This document shows, piece by piece, positions 38,377 through 47,783 of a stretch of DNA of 64,000 nt. Made by a program: the position numbers and the translations under genes. Source of the DNA: an uncultured delta proteobacterium (GTDB lineage: Bacteria; Myxococcota; Myxococcia; Myxococcales; Myxococcaceae); NCBI GenBank assembly GCA_963776345.1, contig CAVZMH010000022.1:320001-384000 (forward strand), given 5' to 3'. The notes beneath the pieces are model-generated. The model ran no database searches and was not told the DNA's origin. It worked only from the letters and a program-made list of their open reading frames with translations. How positions within the stretch are numbered: position 1 is the stretch's first letter; each line of letters opens with the position of its first letter.

Positions 38377-38608
38377 GTTCGCTTCCGGCCAGCGCCTGGT
38401 GCTGCTGACGCGGCCCCGGACCGGTCAGGCGGTTGCCGCCGGCTGACGCCGGGCGCTCCTTCGGCGCGGCGAGGCTGGGAAGGTCCGGTGCAGGCACGGT
38501 TCTTCGCCGGTGCGACGCGCCCAACGTGCGTGCTCTCCGCCGATGGGACTCCCTGCGCTCCGGACCCACATCGGTCCACGCGCCAGAGCGACGGTACAGT
38601 TCTGGTCC

Positions 38609-40072
38609 GTGACCTCGCTCCGCGTGCTCGTGCTGCTCATGGCGCTCGGGGCACGATCGAGCTGGGCGACGACCTACCCCGTCGGTCCGTCCAGGAGCTG
38701 GAAGTCACCGTGCGCCCTCGCGGCCGGAGTCGCTCTCCAGCCCGGGGACGTGGTGGAGGTCGACCCGGGGACGTACACGGATGCCTGTCAGCTGAAGGCC
38801 TCCGGCACCGAGGCCGCACCGATCATCCTCCGTGGCGTTCCCGGGCCCCGGCCGGTGTTCGACGCCGTGGGCCTGGACCTCTCCGGAGCCGGCTCGGTGC
38901 CCCGGGCCATCTTCCAGCTCACCGGGGGCAGCCACTGGCTCGTGCAGCACCTCGAGCTGAAGAACGCCGCCAACGCCTCGAACAACGGCGCGGCGTTCCG
39001 GTTGACCGCGGGCTCGCTCGACGTCGTCATCGAGGACGTCTCGGTCCACGACTGCCAGGACGGGTTCATGTCGGATGGGCCCGCGACCCTGACCGTCCGT
39101 TCGAGCGAGGTGTTCCACAACGGGGCAGGGGACGGCTACTCGCACAACTTCTACGTCCAGGGGCAGTCCATCGTCCTGGTCGGCAACCACATCCATGATT
39201 CGGTCGGCGGGCAGAACGTGAAGGTGCGCTCCCACGATGCCTTCATCGCCTACAACCTGATCGAGAACGCCGGGAACTACGAGATCGATCTCATCCAGGG
39301 ACCGCTCACCGACGCGGCGAACGCGAACGCCGCGCTGGTCGGGAACGTCGTCATCCGCCCCGCGAGCTCTGGGAACAACAGCCAGGTGATTCTCTGGGGC
39401 TCGGACGATCCTGCGGCCGCCGGACGGAACGGGAGCCTCTTCGCGATCAACAACACCTTCATCCTCGCCCATCCCTCGAATCGCCTCTTTCACGCCATCC
39501 AGCCGGCCGCGGGGAGTCAGATCCACCTGGTCAACAGCATCGTCCAGGCGACGGTCGGTGGCACGGGGCTCGCCGCCGACAGCACCACCGCGGCCATCCT
39601 CGTGGGGAGCAAAGACTGGATCTCCAGCCAGGTCACGACGGCTGGCACGCTGTCGGGCACCCTGACCGGGTCCAGCCCGGGATTCGTCAGCACCTCGGAC
39701 CTGCACCTCGCGCCGGATTCGCCCGCCATCGGCGCGGGGCTCGTTGGCGCGACATTCGTCGATGGGTCGGGAGCGACCGTGAGCGGGGTCCCCGATCAGG
39801 AGTTCGTCCTTCCGCTCGGAACCCGCCCGAGAGCTGCCGCGTCGGCCCTGGACCTCGGCGCCTTCGGGTTCTCCTCGGCGAGCGACGCAGGGACGGCGGA
39901 TGCCGGGCCGGGCGATGCCGGAGTGGACGCCGGCGGCGGGACTGCGCCGCCCGGGGATGGTTCGCTGCAGGACGTGACGGGCAGCTGCTCCACGACGGCG
40001 AGCGGCGCCCCGGCGCTCTGGCTGGCGATCGTCGTGGTGCTCGCAGTCCGACGCCGCTCAGTGAACAGCTGA
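38609..40072 (+). CDS. Right-handed beta-helix protein with MYXO-CTERM sorting tail
   Basis: LQPGDVVEV.PGTY, NGAGDGYSHNFY, GQNVKVRS; ends GSCSTTASGAPALWLAIVVVLAVRRR. Confidence 0.8.
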   Translation: MTSLRVLVLLMALGARSSWATTYPVGPSRSWKSPCALAAGVALQPGDVVEVDPGTYTDACQLKASGTEAAPIILRGVPGPRPVFDAVGLDLSGAGSVPRAIFQLTGGSHWLVQHLELKNAANASNNGAAFRLTAGSLDVVIEDVSVHDCQDGFMSDGPATLTVRSSEVFHNGAGDGYSHNFYVQGQSIVLVGNHIHDSVGGQNVKVRSHDAFIAYNLIENAGNYEIDLIQGPLTDAANANAALVGNVVIRPASSGNNSQVILWGSDDPAAAGRNGSLFAINNTFILAHPSNRLFHAIQPAAGSQIHLVNSIVQATVGGTGLAADSTTAAILVGSKDWISSQVTTAGTLSGTLTGSSPGFVSTSDLHLAPDSPAIGAGLVGATFVDGSGATVSGVPDQEFVLPLGTRPRAAASALDLGAFGFSSASDAGTADAGPGDAGVDAGGGTAPPGDGSLQDVTGSCSTTASGAPALWLAIVVVLAVRRRSVNS

Positions 40073-40204
40073 CCGTCCCCTCGCGTTGGGCCGGCGAGGG
40101 GCAGGGCCCGTCGTGCACTCCCGCGCCGGTCTCGCCCACGGGGCCGCGCCGTCCGCCCGCCGTCTGGAATCCGGGTCGCAGGGATGCGAGGGTGCCCGGC
40201 TCCG

Positions 40205-42478
40205 ATGTCCGGGCCCGCGCCGCTCCAGTCTGCTGACCAGCTCCTCGAGGACCTCAACCCACCCCAGCGCGAGGCCGTGCTCCACGGGGAAGGCCCGCTC
40301 CTGGTCCTCGCCGGCGCCGGCTCGGGGAAGACCCGGGTCATCACCCGGCGCGTCGCCCATCTGGTCCTCGCCGGCCGGGTCGCGCCCTGGCGCATCCTCG
40401 CCGTCACCTTCACCAACAAGGCCGCGCGCGAGATGCGCGAGCGGCTCGGCGTGCTGCTCGGCCCCTGGGCTACAGAGCTGAACGTGGCCACCTTCCACTC
40501 CGCCGCGGCCACCATCCTCCGGCGGGAGGCGGAGAAGGTCGGCCTCACCCGCTCCTTCGTCATCTACGACGACACCGACCAGCTCCAGCTGGTGAAGCGG
40601 GCGATGCGCGAGGAGCGCGTGGATCCGGTGCTCAACCCGCGCGACGTGGCCCGGCGCATCGACGTGGAGAAGAACGCCGGCCGCGGCCCGGACGTGGAGC
40701 GCGTGTCGCCCGACGACTACCGCGGCCTCGCCGTCCAGCGGGCCTACCGCGCGTACCAGAAGCTCCTCCGGGCGGCGAACGCGGTGGACTTCGGGGACCT
40801 GCTCCTCCTCCTGGTCGAGCTGCTCCGGAAGGATCCCCAGACGCTGGAGAAGTACCGGGCCCGCTTCCAGCACGTGCTGGTCGACGAGTTCCAGGACACC
40901 AACCCGGTCCAGTACGAGCTGCTGCAGCAGCTCGCCCCGCCGCCCGGGGCAAATCTGGTGGTGGTGGGTGACGACGACCAGTCCATCTACCGCTGGCGCG
41001 GCGCCGAGGTGAGCAACATCCTCCAGTTCCCCGATCTGTACCGCGGCGCCTGGGTGGTGAAGCTCGAGCAGAACTACCGGAGCGACGGGAACATCCTAGA
41101 CGCCGCCAACGCGGTCATCGCCCAGAACCGCCGGCGGATGCCCAAGCGGCTCTGGACGGAGAGACCCAAGGGCGAGCTCCTGCACCTCCTGATCTCCCGC
41201 GACGAGCGCGAGGAGGCGCACGAGGTGGCCCGGCGCATCCACGCCCTCCACCGGGAGGACTTCGTCTCCTACGAGCAGATGGCCGTCTTCTACCGGGTGA
41301 ACGCGCAGAGCCGGGTGCTGGAGGAGGCGCTGCGGCTCGCCCGCGTGCCGTACACCCTGGTCAGCGGTCGCAGCTTCTACGAGCGGGCGGAGATCAAGGA
41401 TGCGGCCTCGTACCTGAGGCTCATGGCCAACCCGCGCTCGGACGCGGACCTGCTCCGCATCGTCAACGTCCCGGCCCGCGCCATCGGCGACACCACCCAG
41501 GAGCGGCTGAGCGCCTGGGCCGCCGAGCAGGGCATCTCCATGTGGGAGGCGCTGGACCAGGTGGAGTCCATCCCCACGCTGCAGGCCGCAGCGCAGAAGC
41601 GGCTCCGGGGCTTTCGTGCGCTGATGGAGCCGCTGGTGCAGTTCGCGGTCGAGGCGCCCTCGGCCGCCGCGGCGCTGGAGCGGATGCTTCAAGACACGCG
41701 ACTGGTCGAGTCGCTGATGGAGGCGGGGGACGACGAGTCGCTCGGCCGGGCGGAGAACCTGCGCGAGTTTGTGGGCGCGGCGCAGGAGTTCGACCTCCAG
41801 CGGGCCGCCCGTCCGCCGCCCGGGCCAGACGCGCTCGAGGCCGAGGCCCCCCCGCTCCAGGCGTTCCTCGAGCAGATCAGCCTGGTGGCCGAGGCCGACG
41901 CCGAGGCCGGCGAGGGACGCGTGTCGCTGATGACCTTGCACGCGGCCAAGGGCCTTGAGTTCGACGCGGTCTTCATCCCCGGGATGGAGGACGGCGTCTT
42001 CCCCCACCAGCGCGCGCTCGACGAGCTCGGCGACGACGAGGAGATGGGGGAGGAGCGGCGCCTCTGCTACGTGGGCTTCACCCGCGCGCGAAAGCGTCTA
42101 TTGGTGTCGCTGGCCCAGGCCCGCTCGCTCTTCGGCGAGCTGCGGTTCAATCCACCGTCGCGCTTCCTCCGCGAGGTGCCGAAGGAGCTCTTCGACTTCC
42201 AGCCCGAGCTCCGGGCCCCCCCACCGGAGACCTCGTACGGTCGCACCGAGCGCCGCCCGCGCCCCGACGAGACCGGCCCGCGCATCGACCGGAGCTACGC
42301 CCAGGAGGCGGCGTACATGGAGGACGGCTCGGTCATCGGGATGCGGGTGCGCCACGCACAGTTCGGCGAGGGCGAGGTGATGGCCTGCGACGGCTCGGGC
42401 CCGAACGCCAAGCTCACCGTGCGCTTCCGCACGGTTGGGCTGAAGCGGGTCATCGCCCGCTTCCTCCAGCCCGCCTGA
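40205..42478 (+). CDS. uvrD: UvrD/PcrA superfamily I DNA helicase
   Basis: AGAGSGKT, VTFTNKAA, VDEFQDTN, VGDDDQSIY, LEQNYRS, TLHAAKGLEF, EERRLCYVGFTRA, C-terminal Tudor-like RVRHAQFGEG. Confidence 0.95.
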   Translation: MSGPAPLQSADQLLEDLNPPQREAVLHGEGPLLVLAGAGSGKTRVITRRVAHLVLAGRVAPWRILAVTFTNKAAREMRERLGVLLGPWATELNVATFHSAAATILRREAEKVGLTRSFVIYDDTDQLQLVKRAMREERVDPVLNPRDVARRIDVEKNAGRGPDVERVSPDDYRGLAVQRAYRAYQKLLRAANAVDFGDLLLLLVELLRKDPQTLEKYRARFQHVLVDEFQDTNPVQYELLQQLAPPPGANLVVVGDDDQSIYRWRGAEVSNILQFPDLYRGAWVVKLEQNYRSDGNILDAANAVIAQNRRRMPKRLWTERPKGELLHLLISRDEREEAHEVARRIHALHREDFVSYEQMAVFYRVNAQSRVLEEALRLARVPYTLVSGRSFYERAEIKDAASYLRLMANPRSDADLLRIVNVPARAIGDTTQERLSAWAAEQGISMWEALDQVESIPTLQAAAQKRLRGFRALMEPLVQFAVEAPSAAAALERMLQDTRLVESLMEAGDDESLGRAENLREFVGAAQEFDLQRAARPPPGPDALEAEAPPLQAFLEQISLVAEADAEAGEGRVSLMTLHAAKGLEFDAVFIPGMEDGVFPHQRALDELGDDEEMGEERRLCYVGFTRARKRLLVSLAQARSLFGELRFNPPSRFLREVPKELFDFQPELRAPPPETSYGRTERRPRPDETGPRIDRSYAQEAAYMEDGSVIGMRVRHAQFGEGEVMACDGSGPNAKLTVRFRTVGLKRVIARFLQPA

Positions 42479-42576
42479 CGCGCGCTTCACCCGCCCGTGC
42501 TATGAGTGACGGTGAAGTCGCTTCCGTGCTCCCCACGCACTCCCGTGTGGTGGCGGCCGGAGCGAGGATCGCCGAC

Positions 42577-42957
42577 ATGACCGAAGTGACACGACCCAGC
42601 GTCGCCTGCAGCCCTCTCACGCCCGGGGACCTGGGGCTCAAGGTGCTCCTCTGCGAGAACGCGGACGGAAGCGCCGGCGAGGTCTCGTTCCTCCCGATCG
42701 CCGCCTGGGTCACCCTGACCGAGTCCGAGGATGGAGCGGAGGGGACGACGCCGCCGACGTCCTGGACCTGGGAGCCGGTGGTGGTCTTCGAGCACGCGCT
42801 GTGCCTGGCTCGCACCGTCCCTCACTACCGCGGGACGGTGGCCAAGGACGTGATCGGAAAGGTCGCCCTCGGCCTGGTGAAGTCTCGCTTCGTCGCCGCG
42901 CGGGACCAGCGGCGCTCGCACAGCCCTATCTGGACGAGCAACAGCAAGAGCTTCTGA
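42577..42957 (+). CDS. Hypothetical protein
   Basis: ORF with normal high-GC codon usage between uvrD and the LysR gene. Confidence 0.55.
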   Translation: MTEVTRPSVACSPLTPGDLGLKVLLCENADGSAGEVSFLPIAAWVTLTESEDGAEGTTPPTSWTWEPVVVFEHALCLARTVPHYRGTVAKDVIGKVALGLVKSRFVAARDQRRSHSPIWTSNSKSF

Positions 42958-42979
42958 GCAGCTCGCTCCGGAGGTCGGC

Positions 42980-43885
42980 TCAGCCTTCGAGGGGGCTGGC
43001 CGGCCTCCCGCACCACAGCTCGGCGTCACGGCGGAACAGCTCGACGAGGAAGTCCAGCGTGGCCCGCACGCGCGCGACGCGGACCAGGTCGGGGTGCGCC
43101 ACCAGGAGGATGTCACGCTCGCCGACGAGTCTCGGGGTGATCCGCGCCAGGCCTCGCTCCTGTGCGGCCGCGAAGCAGGGCAGAGGAGCGATGCCGATGC
43201 CCTCGACCGCGGCCCGCGCGACCCCGGCGATGCTGTTGCCGCGCATCACCACGTTCGGCGGCGGCTTCAGCGACCGCGCCCACCGCTCGCCCTCCACCTC
43301 GGACAGGAGGTCGGCGTAGCCGATGAGCTCGTGGCCGCTCAGGTCCTCGAGTGAGGAGAGCGGCCCCTTTCGCGCCAGGTACGCGGGCGAGGCGTAGAGC
43401 GACCACCCCGCCGTCCCGGCCTTGCGGACGATCAGCTCCGGGTCGGGAGTCGGCGCGAAGCGCACCGCCAGGTCCGCCTCGCCGCGCCGGATGTCGAGCG
43501 TCCGGTTGTCGCTGATCAGCTCGATCAGCAGCTCGGGATGGCGGCTCCGCAGCTCCGTCAGGCGCTGCGTGAAGTAGCTGATCCCGGACTCGGGGATGGT
43601 CAGCCGCACGGTTCCGGCGACCCGGCCATCCGTCCCCGCGACGCAGCGCTCGAGCGCGGCGATCTGGTCTCGGATGGATTCGGCGATGGGCAGGATGTCC
43701 TTCCCCGCCGGGGTGAGGGTGAGGCCGCCGGGCCCTCGCGCGAAGAGCCGGGTCCCCAGATCTCCCTCCAGCGCGCTCAGACGGCGGCTCACGGTGGTGT
43801 GCTCCACGGACAGCTCGCGCGCCGCCTTGGCCAGCGAACCCGACCGGGCGATGGTCAGGAAGTACCTGAGATCATTCCAGTCCAT
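42980..43885 (-). CDS. LysR family transcriptional regulator
   Basis: MDWNDLRYFL...GSLAKAARELSVEHTTVSRRLSALE...LFAR; divergent from NmrA gene. Confidence 0.95.
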   Translation of the reverse strand: MDWNDLRYFLTIARSGSLAKAARELSVEHTTVSRRLSALEGDLGTRLFARGPGGLTLTPAGKDILPIAESIRDQIAALERCVAGTDGRVAGTVRLTIPESGISYFTQRLTELRSRHPELLIELISDNRTLDIRRGEADLAVRFAPTPDPELIVRKAGTAGWSLYASPAYLARKGPLSSLEDLSGHELIGYADLLSEVEGERWARSLKPPPNVVMRGNSIAGVARAAVEGIGIAPLPCFAAAQERGLARITPRLVGERDILLVAHPDLVRVARVRATLDFLVELFRRDAELWCGRPASPLEG

Positions 43886-44023
43886 CGGAGCCCCCCCAGA
43901 TTCGCACAACCGGTGTGCGGCGACGAGCGTTCCCGGGGACGGACGTCGACCCGTATACCCCTCGTCCACGACGAAGGCAGCGGGCGAGGTGGTCTCGTCC
44001 TGGCCTCGGAGGAGACGAAGGTC

Positions 44024-44977
44024 ATGGCATCGAAGAAGCCAGTCATCGCAGTGGTCGGCGCCACCGGCGCCCAGGGTAGCGGGCTCGTCCGGGCCATCCT
44101 CCAGGATCCGGCCCGCCGCTTCACCGCCCGGGCCATCACCCGGAAGCCCGACTCGGAGAAGGCCCGCGCGCTCGCCGCGCAGGGCGCGGAGGTGGTGGGC
44201 GCCGACGCAGGCGACGTCGCGAGCCTGGAGCGCGCGTTCGCCGGGGCGGCCGGGGCGTTCTGTGTCACCAACTTCTGGGAGCACTTCTCGGCCGAGACCG
44301 AGGTGGTCCAGGCCCGGAACATGGCCCGCGCCGCCGCCCGGGCGGACGTGCGGCACGTCATCTGGTCCACGCTCGAGGACACCCGGAAGCTCGTCCCGCT
44401 CTCCGACCCGCGGATGCCGACCCTGATGGGCCGCTACAAGGTGCCGCACTTCGACGGCAAGGGAGAGGCGGACGCGGTCTTCGCCGAGGAGAAGGCGCCC
44501 ACCACGCTGCTGCGCACCTCGTTCTACTGGGACAACCTCATCCACTTCGGCATGGGCCCGAAGAAGGACGCGTCCGGACAGCTGGTCCTGGCCCTGCCGA
44601 TGGGCGACAAGAAGCTGTCGGGCATCGCCGCCGAGGACATCGGCCCCTGCGCCTTCGGGGTCTTCGTGCGCGGGCCGGAGACGATCGGCCGGACCCTCGG
44701 CATCGCCGGCGAGCACCTGACCGGCGCGCAGATGGCGGCCGAGCTCTCCACCGCGCTCGGGCAACCGGTGCGCTACCAGTCGATGCCGTTCGAGGCCTAC
44801 CGCAAGCTCGGCTTCCCCGGCGCCGACGACCTGGGGAACATGTTCCAGTACTACCACGACTTCGAGCGCGAGTTCTGCGCCGCGCGTCCGCTGGAGCAGG
44901 CGCGCGCGCTGTACCCGGGGCTGCAGACCTTCCGGCAGTGGCTCGCGCGCCACGCGAAGCAGATTCCCCTGAGCTGA
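44024..44977 (+). CDS. NmrA/HSCARG family protein
   Basis: VVGATGAQG, FCVTNFWEH, IWSTLEDTR, VPHFDGKG. Confidence 0.92.
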   Translation: MASKKPVIAVVGATGAQGSGLVRAILQDPARRFTARAITRKPDSEKARALAAQGAEVVGADAGDVASLERAFAGAAGAFCVTNFWEHFSAETEVVQARNMARAAARADVRHVIWSTLEDTRKLVPLSDPRMPTLMGRYKVPHFDGKGEADAVFAEEKAPTTLLRTSFYWDNLIHFGMGPKKDASGQLVLALPMGDKKLSGIAAEDIGPCAFGVFVRGPETIGRTLGIAGEHLTGAQMAAELSTALGQPVRYQSMPFEAYRKLGFPGADDLGNMFQYYHDFEREFCAARPLEQARALYPGLQTFRQWLARHAKQIPLS

Positions 44978-44981
44978 TCCA

Positions 44982-45871
44982 GTGACCCACCACCTCGAGA
45001 CAGGGCGCCACCTCGCCGGGGTGGACGCCAGGGGCCGTCGTCTGCCCGCGAGCCTCGCCCTGGCGCTGGCCCTCCTCGCGCTCTCGGGCGCGGCCCCGGC
45101 CTGGGCTCGCCCGCGGCAGGAGGCGCCGGCGCGCCTCGCGGGCACCGGGCTCTACGCGGACCCGGCCGCGAAGACGCTCGCCCCCGGGGTGCGGACCTGG
45201 ACGCCCCAGTATCCGCTCTCGCCGCGGGAGTCCGGGCCGTGGTGACCATCGGCCCGGGCGTCGCGCACGACCTCCCCTCGGCCGGCGACTGCGAGGCCTG
45301 CCATGCCGCGGGCCGGACGCCGGTGCTCGGGTTCTCGGCGCTGCAGCTCTCGCCCGACCGGGATCCGCTCGCCCCCCATGCCGAGGCACAGCCCGACGGC
45401 GCGCTGGACCTCCCGGGGGCGGTCCGCTCCGGGATGGTGAGGAAGCTCCCCCGCGCCCTCCTGGAGACGCCGCCCCGGGTGCACGCCTCCACCCCGGTCG
45501 CCCGCGCGGCGCTGGGTTACCTGCACGGGAACTGCGGGAGCTGCCACGACCTCCGCGGCGAGCTCGCGTCGGTCGGCCTCGACCTCGTGCAGCGGTTCGG
45601 CCCCGGCGCCGGCGGAGGCCCGGCGCTGACCGCCATCGGCGTGCCGAGCCGCTACCAGGCTCCGGGCGCGCGGGACCCGATGCTCCGCGTCGCCCCGGGC
45701 AGCCCGGAGCGGAGCGCGCTGCTCCACCGGCTCTCGAGCCGCGACCCGGCGGCGCAGATGCCTCCGCTCGGCACGCACCTCGTCGACGGCTCCGCCGTCC
45801 AGCTCGTCCGCGCCTGGATCGGCGGGCTCGAGCGCAGGCCACCCGTCTCGGCGCCGCTCGTGGAGCGCTGA
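44982..45871 (+). pseudogene. Secreted c-type cytochrome-like gene split by an apparent internal deletion near 45220
   Basis: 5' piece: signal + PARLAGTGLY...TPQYPL; 3' piece in another frame: CEACH, YLHGNCGSCH, PGSPERSALL, QMPPLGT. Confidence 0.65.
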
Positions 45872-45907
45872 CCCCGCAGTCCATCCCCCAAGCAGGAGAG
45901 AACCGCC

Positions 45908-46477
45908 ATGAAGCGCATCCTCGTCGCCCTGTCCACGCTCGCCGCCCTCACCGCCGCCGCCGAGACGCCCAGGAAGCCCGACCCGAAGCAGGTCGCCCGC
46001 GGCAAGTACTTGGTGACCATCGGCGGGTGCAACGACTGCCACACCCCGCTGAAGAACACGCCCAGCGGGCCGGCGTGGGACCAGGAGCGGATGCTCTCCG
46101 GCCATCCGGAGACCCTGAAGATGCCCACCGCCCCCGCCTCGGCCGAGCCGTGGGGGCTCGCCTTCGGGAGCACCATGACCGCGTTCGCCGGACCGTGGGG
46201 CGTCTCGTTCTCGCGCAACCTGACGCCCGACCCGGAGACCGGCCTCGGCACCTGGACCGAGAAGGACTTCATCGCCACCATCCGGAACGGCCGCCACCTC
46301 GGCCGGGGCCGCCCGCTGCTTCCGCCCATGCCCTGGTTCAACTACCGCGAGGCCACCGACGAGGACCTCAAGGCCATCTTCGCCTACCTCCGATCGATCT
46401 CCCCGGTGAAGAACCGGGTGGAGGAGCCGCGCCCACCGTCCACCGAAACGGCGTCGGCCGCACCGGCCAGTCGGTGA
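45908..46477 (+). CDS. Periplasmic cytochrome c
   Basis: Signal peptide; RGKYLV..GGCNDCHTP, NLTPDPETGLG.W, LPPMPW, DLKAIFAYL. Confidence 0.9.
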   Translation: MKRILVALSTLAALTAAAETPRKPDPKQVARGKYLVTIGGCNDCHTPLKNTPSGPAWDQERMLSGHPETLKMPTAPASAEPWGLAFGSTMTAFAGPWGVSFSRNLTPDPETGLGTWTEKDFIATIRNGRHLGRGRPLLPPMPWFNYREATDEDLKAIFAYLRSISPVKNRVEEPRPPSTETASAAPASR

Positions 46478-46601
46478 GGCGCGCGTCGACAGCACAGATG
46501 CGTGTGCCCGGGGGCGGAGCAGTCCGGGCGGAGGCGCAACCCGTGCCGCACTCCGTTTCATCGGTCCGGACGCGTCGGGTGTCTCGCCCGGGAAGGACAC
46601 G

Positions 46602-47036
46602 ATGCAGACCGAGCGTGAGTACAAGGGACGTTGCCTCTGCGGCGCCGTCGAGCTGCGGGTGGTCGGGAGGCCCGCCGCGATGGGGTTCTGCCACTGCAGC
46701 TCGTGCCGGAAGTGGTCGGCCGGGCCGGTGAGCGCCTTCACGCTCTGGCCTCCCACCGCGGTGAACATCGTCCGGGGGCTGGACCAGATCGGTTCCTTCC
46801 AGAGGACCGAGCGCAGCATCCGCAAGTGGTGCCGGAGCTGCGGTGGGCATCTGCTGACCGAGCACCCCACCTGGGGCGTGGTCTACGTCTTCGCGGCGGT
46901 GCTCGAGGCGTTTCCCTTCGATCCGATGCTGCACCTGAACTACGCCGAGACGGTGCTGTACCTCCGCGATGGGCTCCCCAAGATGAAGGACCTGCCCGCC
47001 GAGATGGGCGGCTCGGGGGTCGTCCTGCCCGAGTAG
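46602..47036 (+). CDS. GFA family protein
   Basis: GRCLCGAV, CHCSSCRK, WCRSCG. Confidence 0.92.
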   Translation: MQTEREYKGRCLCGAVELRVVGRPAAMGFCHCSSCRKWSAGPVSAFTLWPPTAVNIVRGLDQIGSFQRTERSIRKWCRSCGGHLLTEHPTWGVVYVFAAVLEAFPFDPMLHLNYAETVLYLRDGLPKMKDLPAEMGGSGVVLPE

Positions 47037-47119
47037 CACCGTCACGGCGCTCCGGGACGCGTGGGCAGAGCGGAAGGAGAGGATGCGCTCCGGCCCCACG
47101 CTGGTTAGAGCGGGCGGCC

Positions 47120-47776
47120 ATGCCTTGGGCCGACTCTGGGCTGTTCGACGCCACGACGTTCGGGACGTACCTCGGCGCCGCGGCCGCGCTGGTCGCCGCG
47201 CCCGGTCCGGGGCAGGCGCTGGTCATGGCCCGTACGCTCCAGGGCGGGTTGCGGGCCGGGCTGCTCACCAGCGTGGGTCTCAACCTCGGGACGCTGGCGC
47301 ACACGGTGGCCGCGGCCCTCGGCCTCTCGGCGCTGCTGCTCGCCTCGGCCACGGCGTTCACCGCGGTGAAGCTGGTGGGCGCGGTGTATCTGGTGTTGCT
47401 CGGGACGCGGATGATCGCCGGGACCCTCGGCGACCGGCCGGTGGCGGCGCCGGACCGCGCCGGGACCGGGGCGCCGCGGGTGCAGAGCTCGCGCCTCCTG
47501 GCGCACGGCGCACTGACCGGCTTGCTCAACCCCAAGGTCGCGGTCTTCTTCCTCGCTTTTCTCCCGCAGTTCGTGCGGCCGGAGCGAGGCCGGGTCTTCC
47601 TCCAGTTCGCGGTGCTGGGCCTGGTGCTGGCGACGCTCGGCGTCCTGGGAGACTCGCTGGTCGCCATCCTCGCCGCGCGCACCGGCCGGAGGGTGACCGC
47701 CGGCGCCTGGCGGGAGCGCATCACCGGGGGCGTGCTCGTCGCCCTCGGCGTCCGGCTGGCCTTCATCCGCCGCTAG
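47120..47776 (+). CDS. LysE/RhtB family translocator
   Basis: APGPG, VKLVGAVYL, LLNPKVAVFFLAFLPQFV. Confidence 0.92.
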   Translation: MPWADSGLFDATTFGTYLGAAAALVAAPGPGQALVMARTLQGGLRAGLLTSVGLNLGTLAHTVAAALGLSALLLASATAFTAVKLVGAVYLVLLGTRMIAGTLGDRPVAAPDRAGTGAPRVQSSRLLAHGALTGLLNPKVAVFFLAFLPQFVRPERGRVFLQFAVLGLVLATLGVLGDSLVAILAARTGRRVTAGAWRERITGGVLVALGVRLAFIRR

Positions 47777-47783
47777 GGCCGGC

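Noticed and set aside
45243..45245. TGA as a second selenocysteine codon
   Set aside because: The downstream coding sequence is in a different frame and there is no redox motif context.
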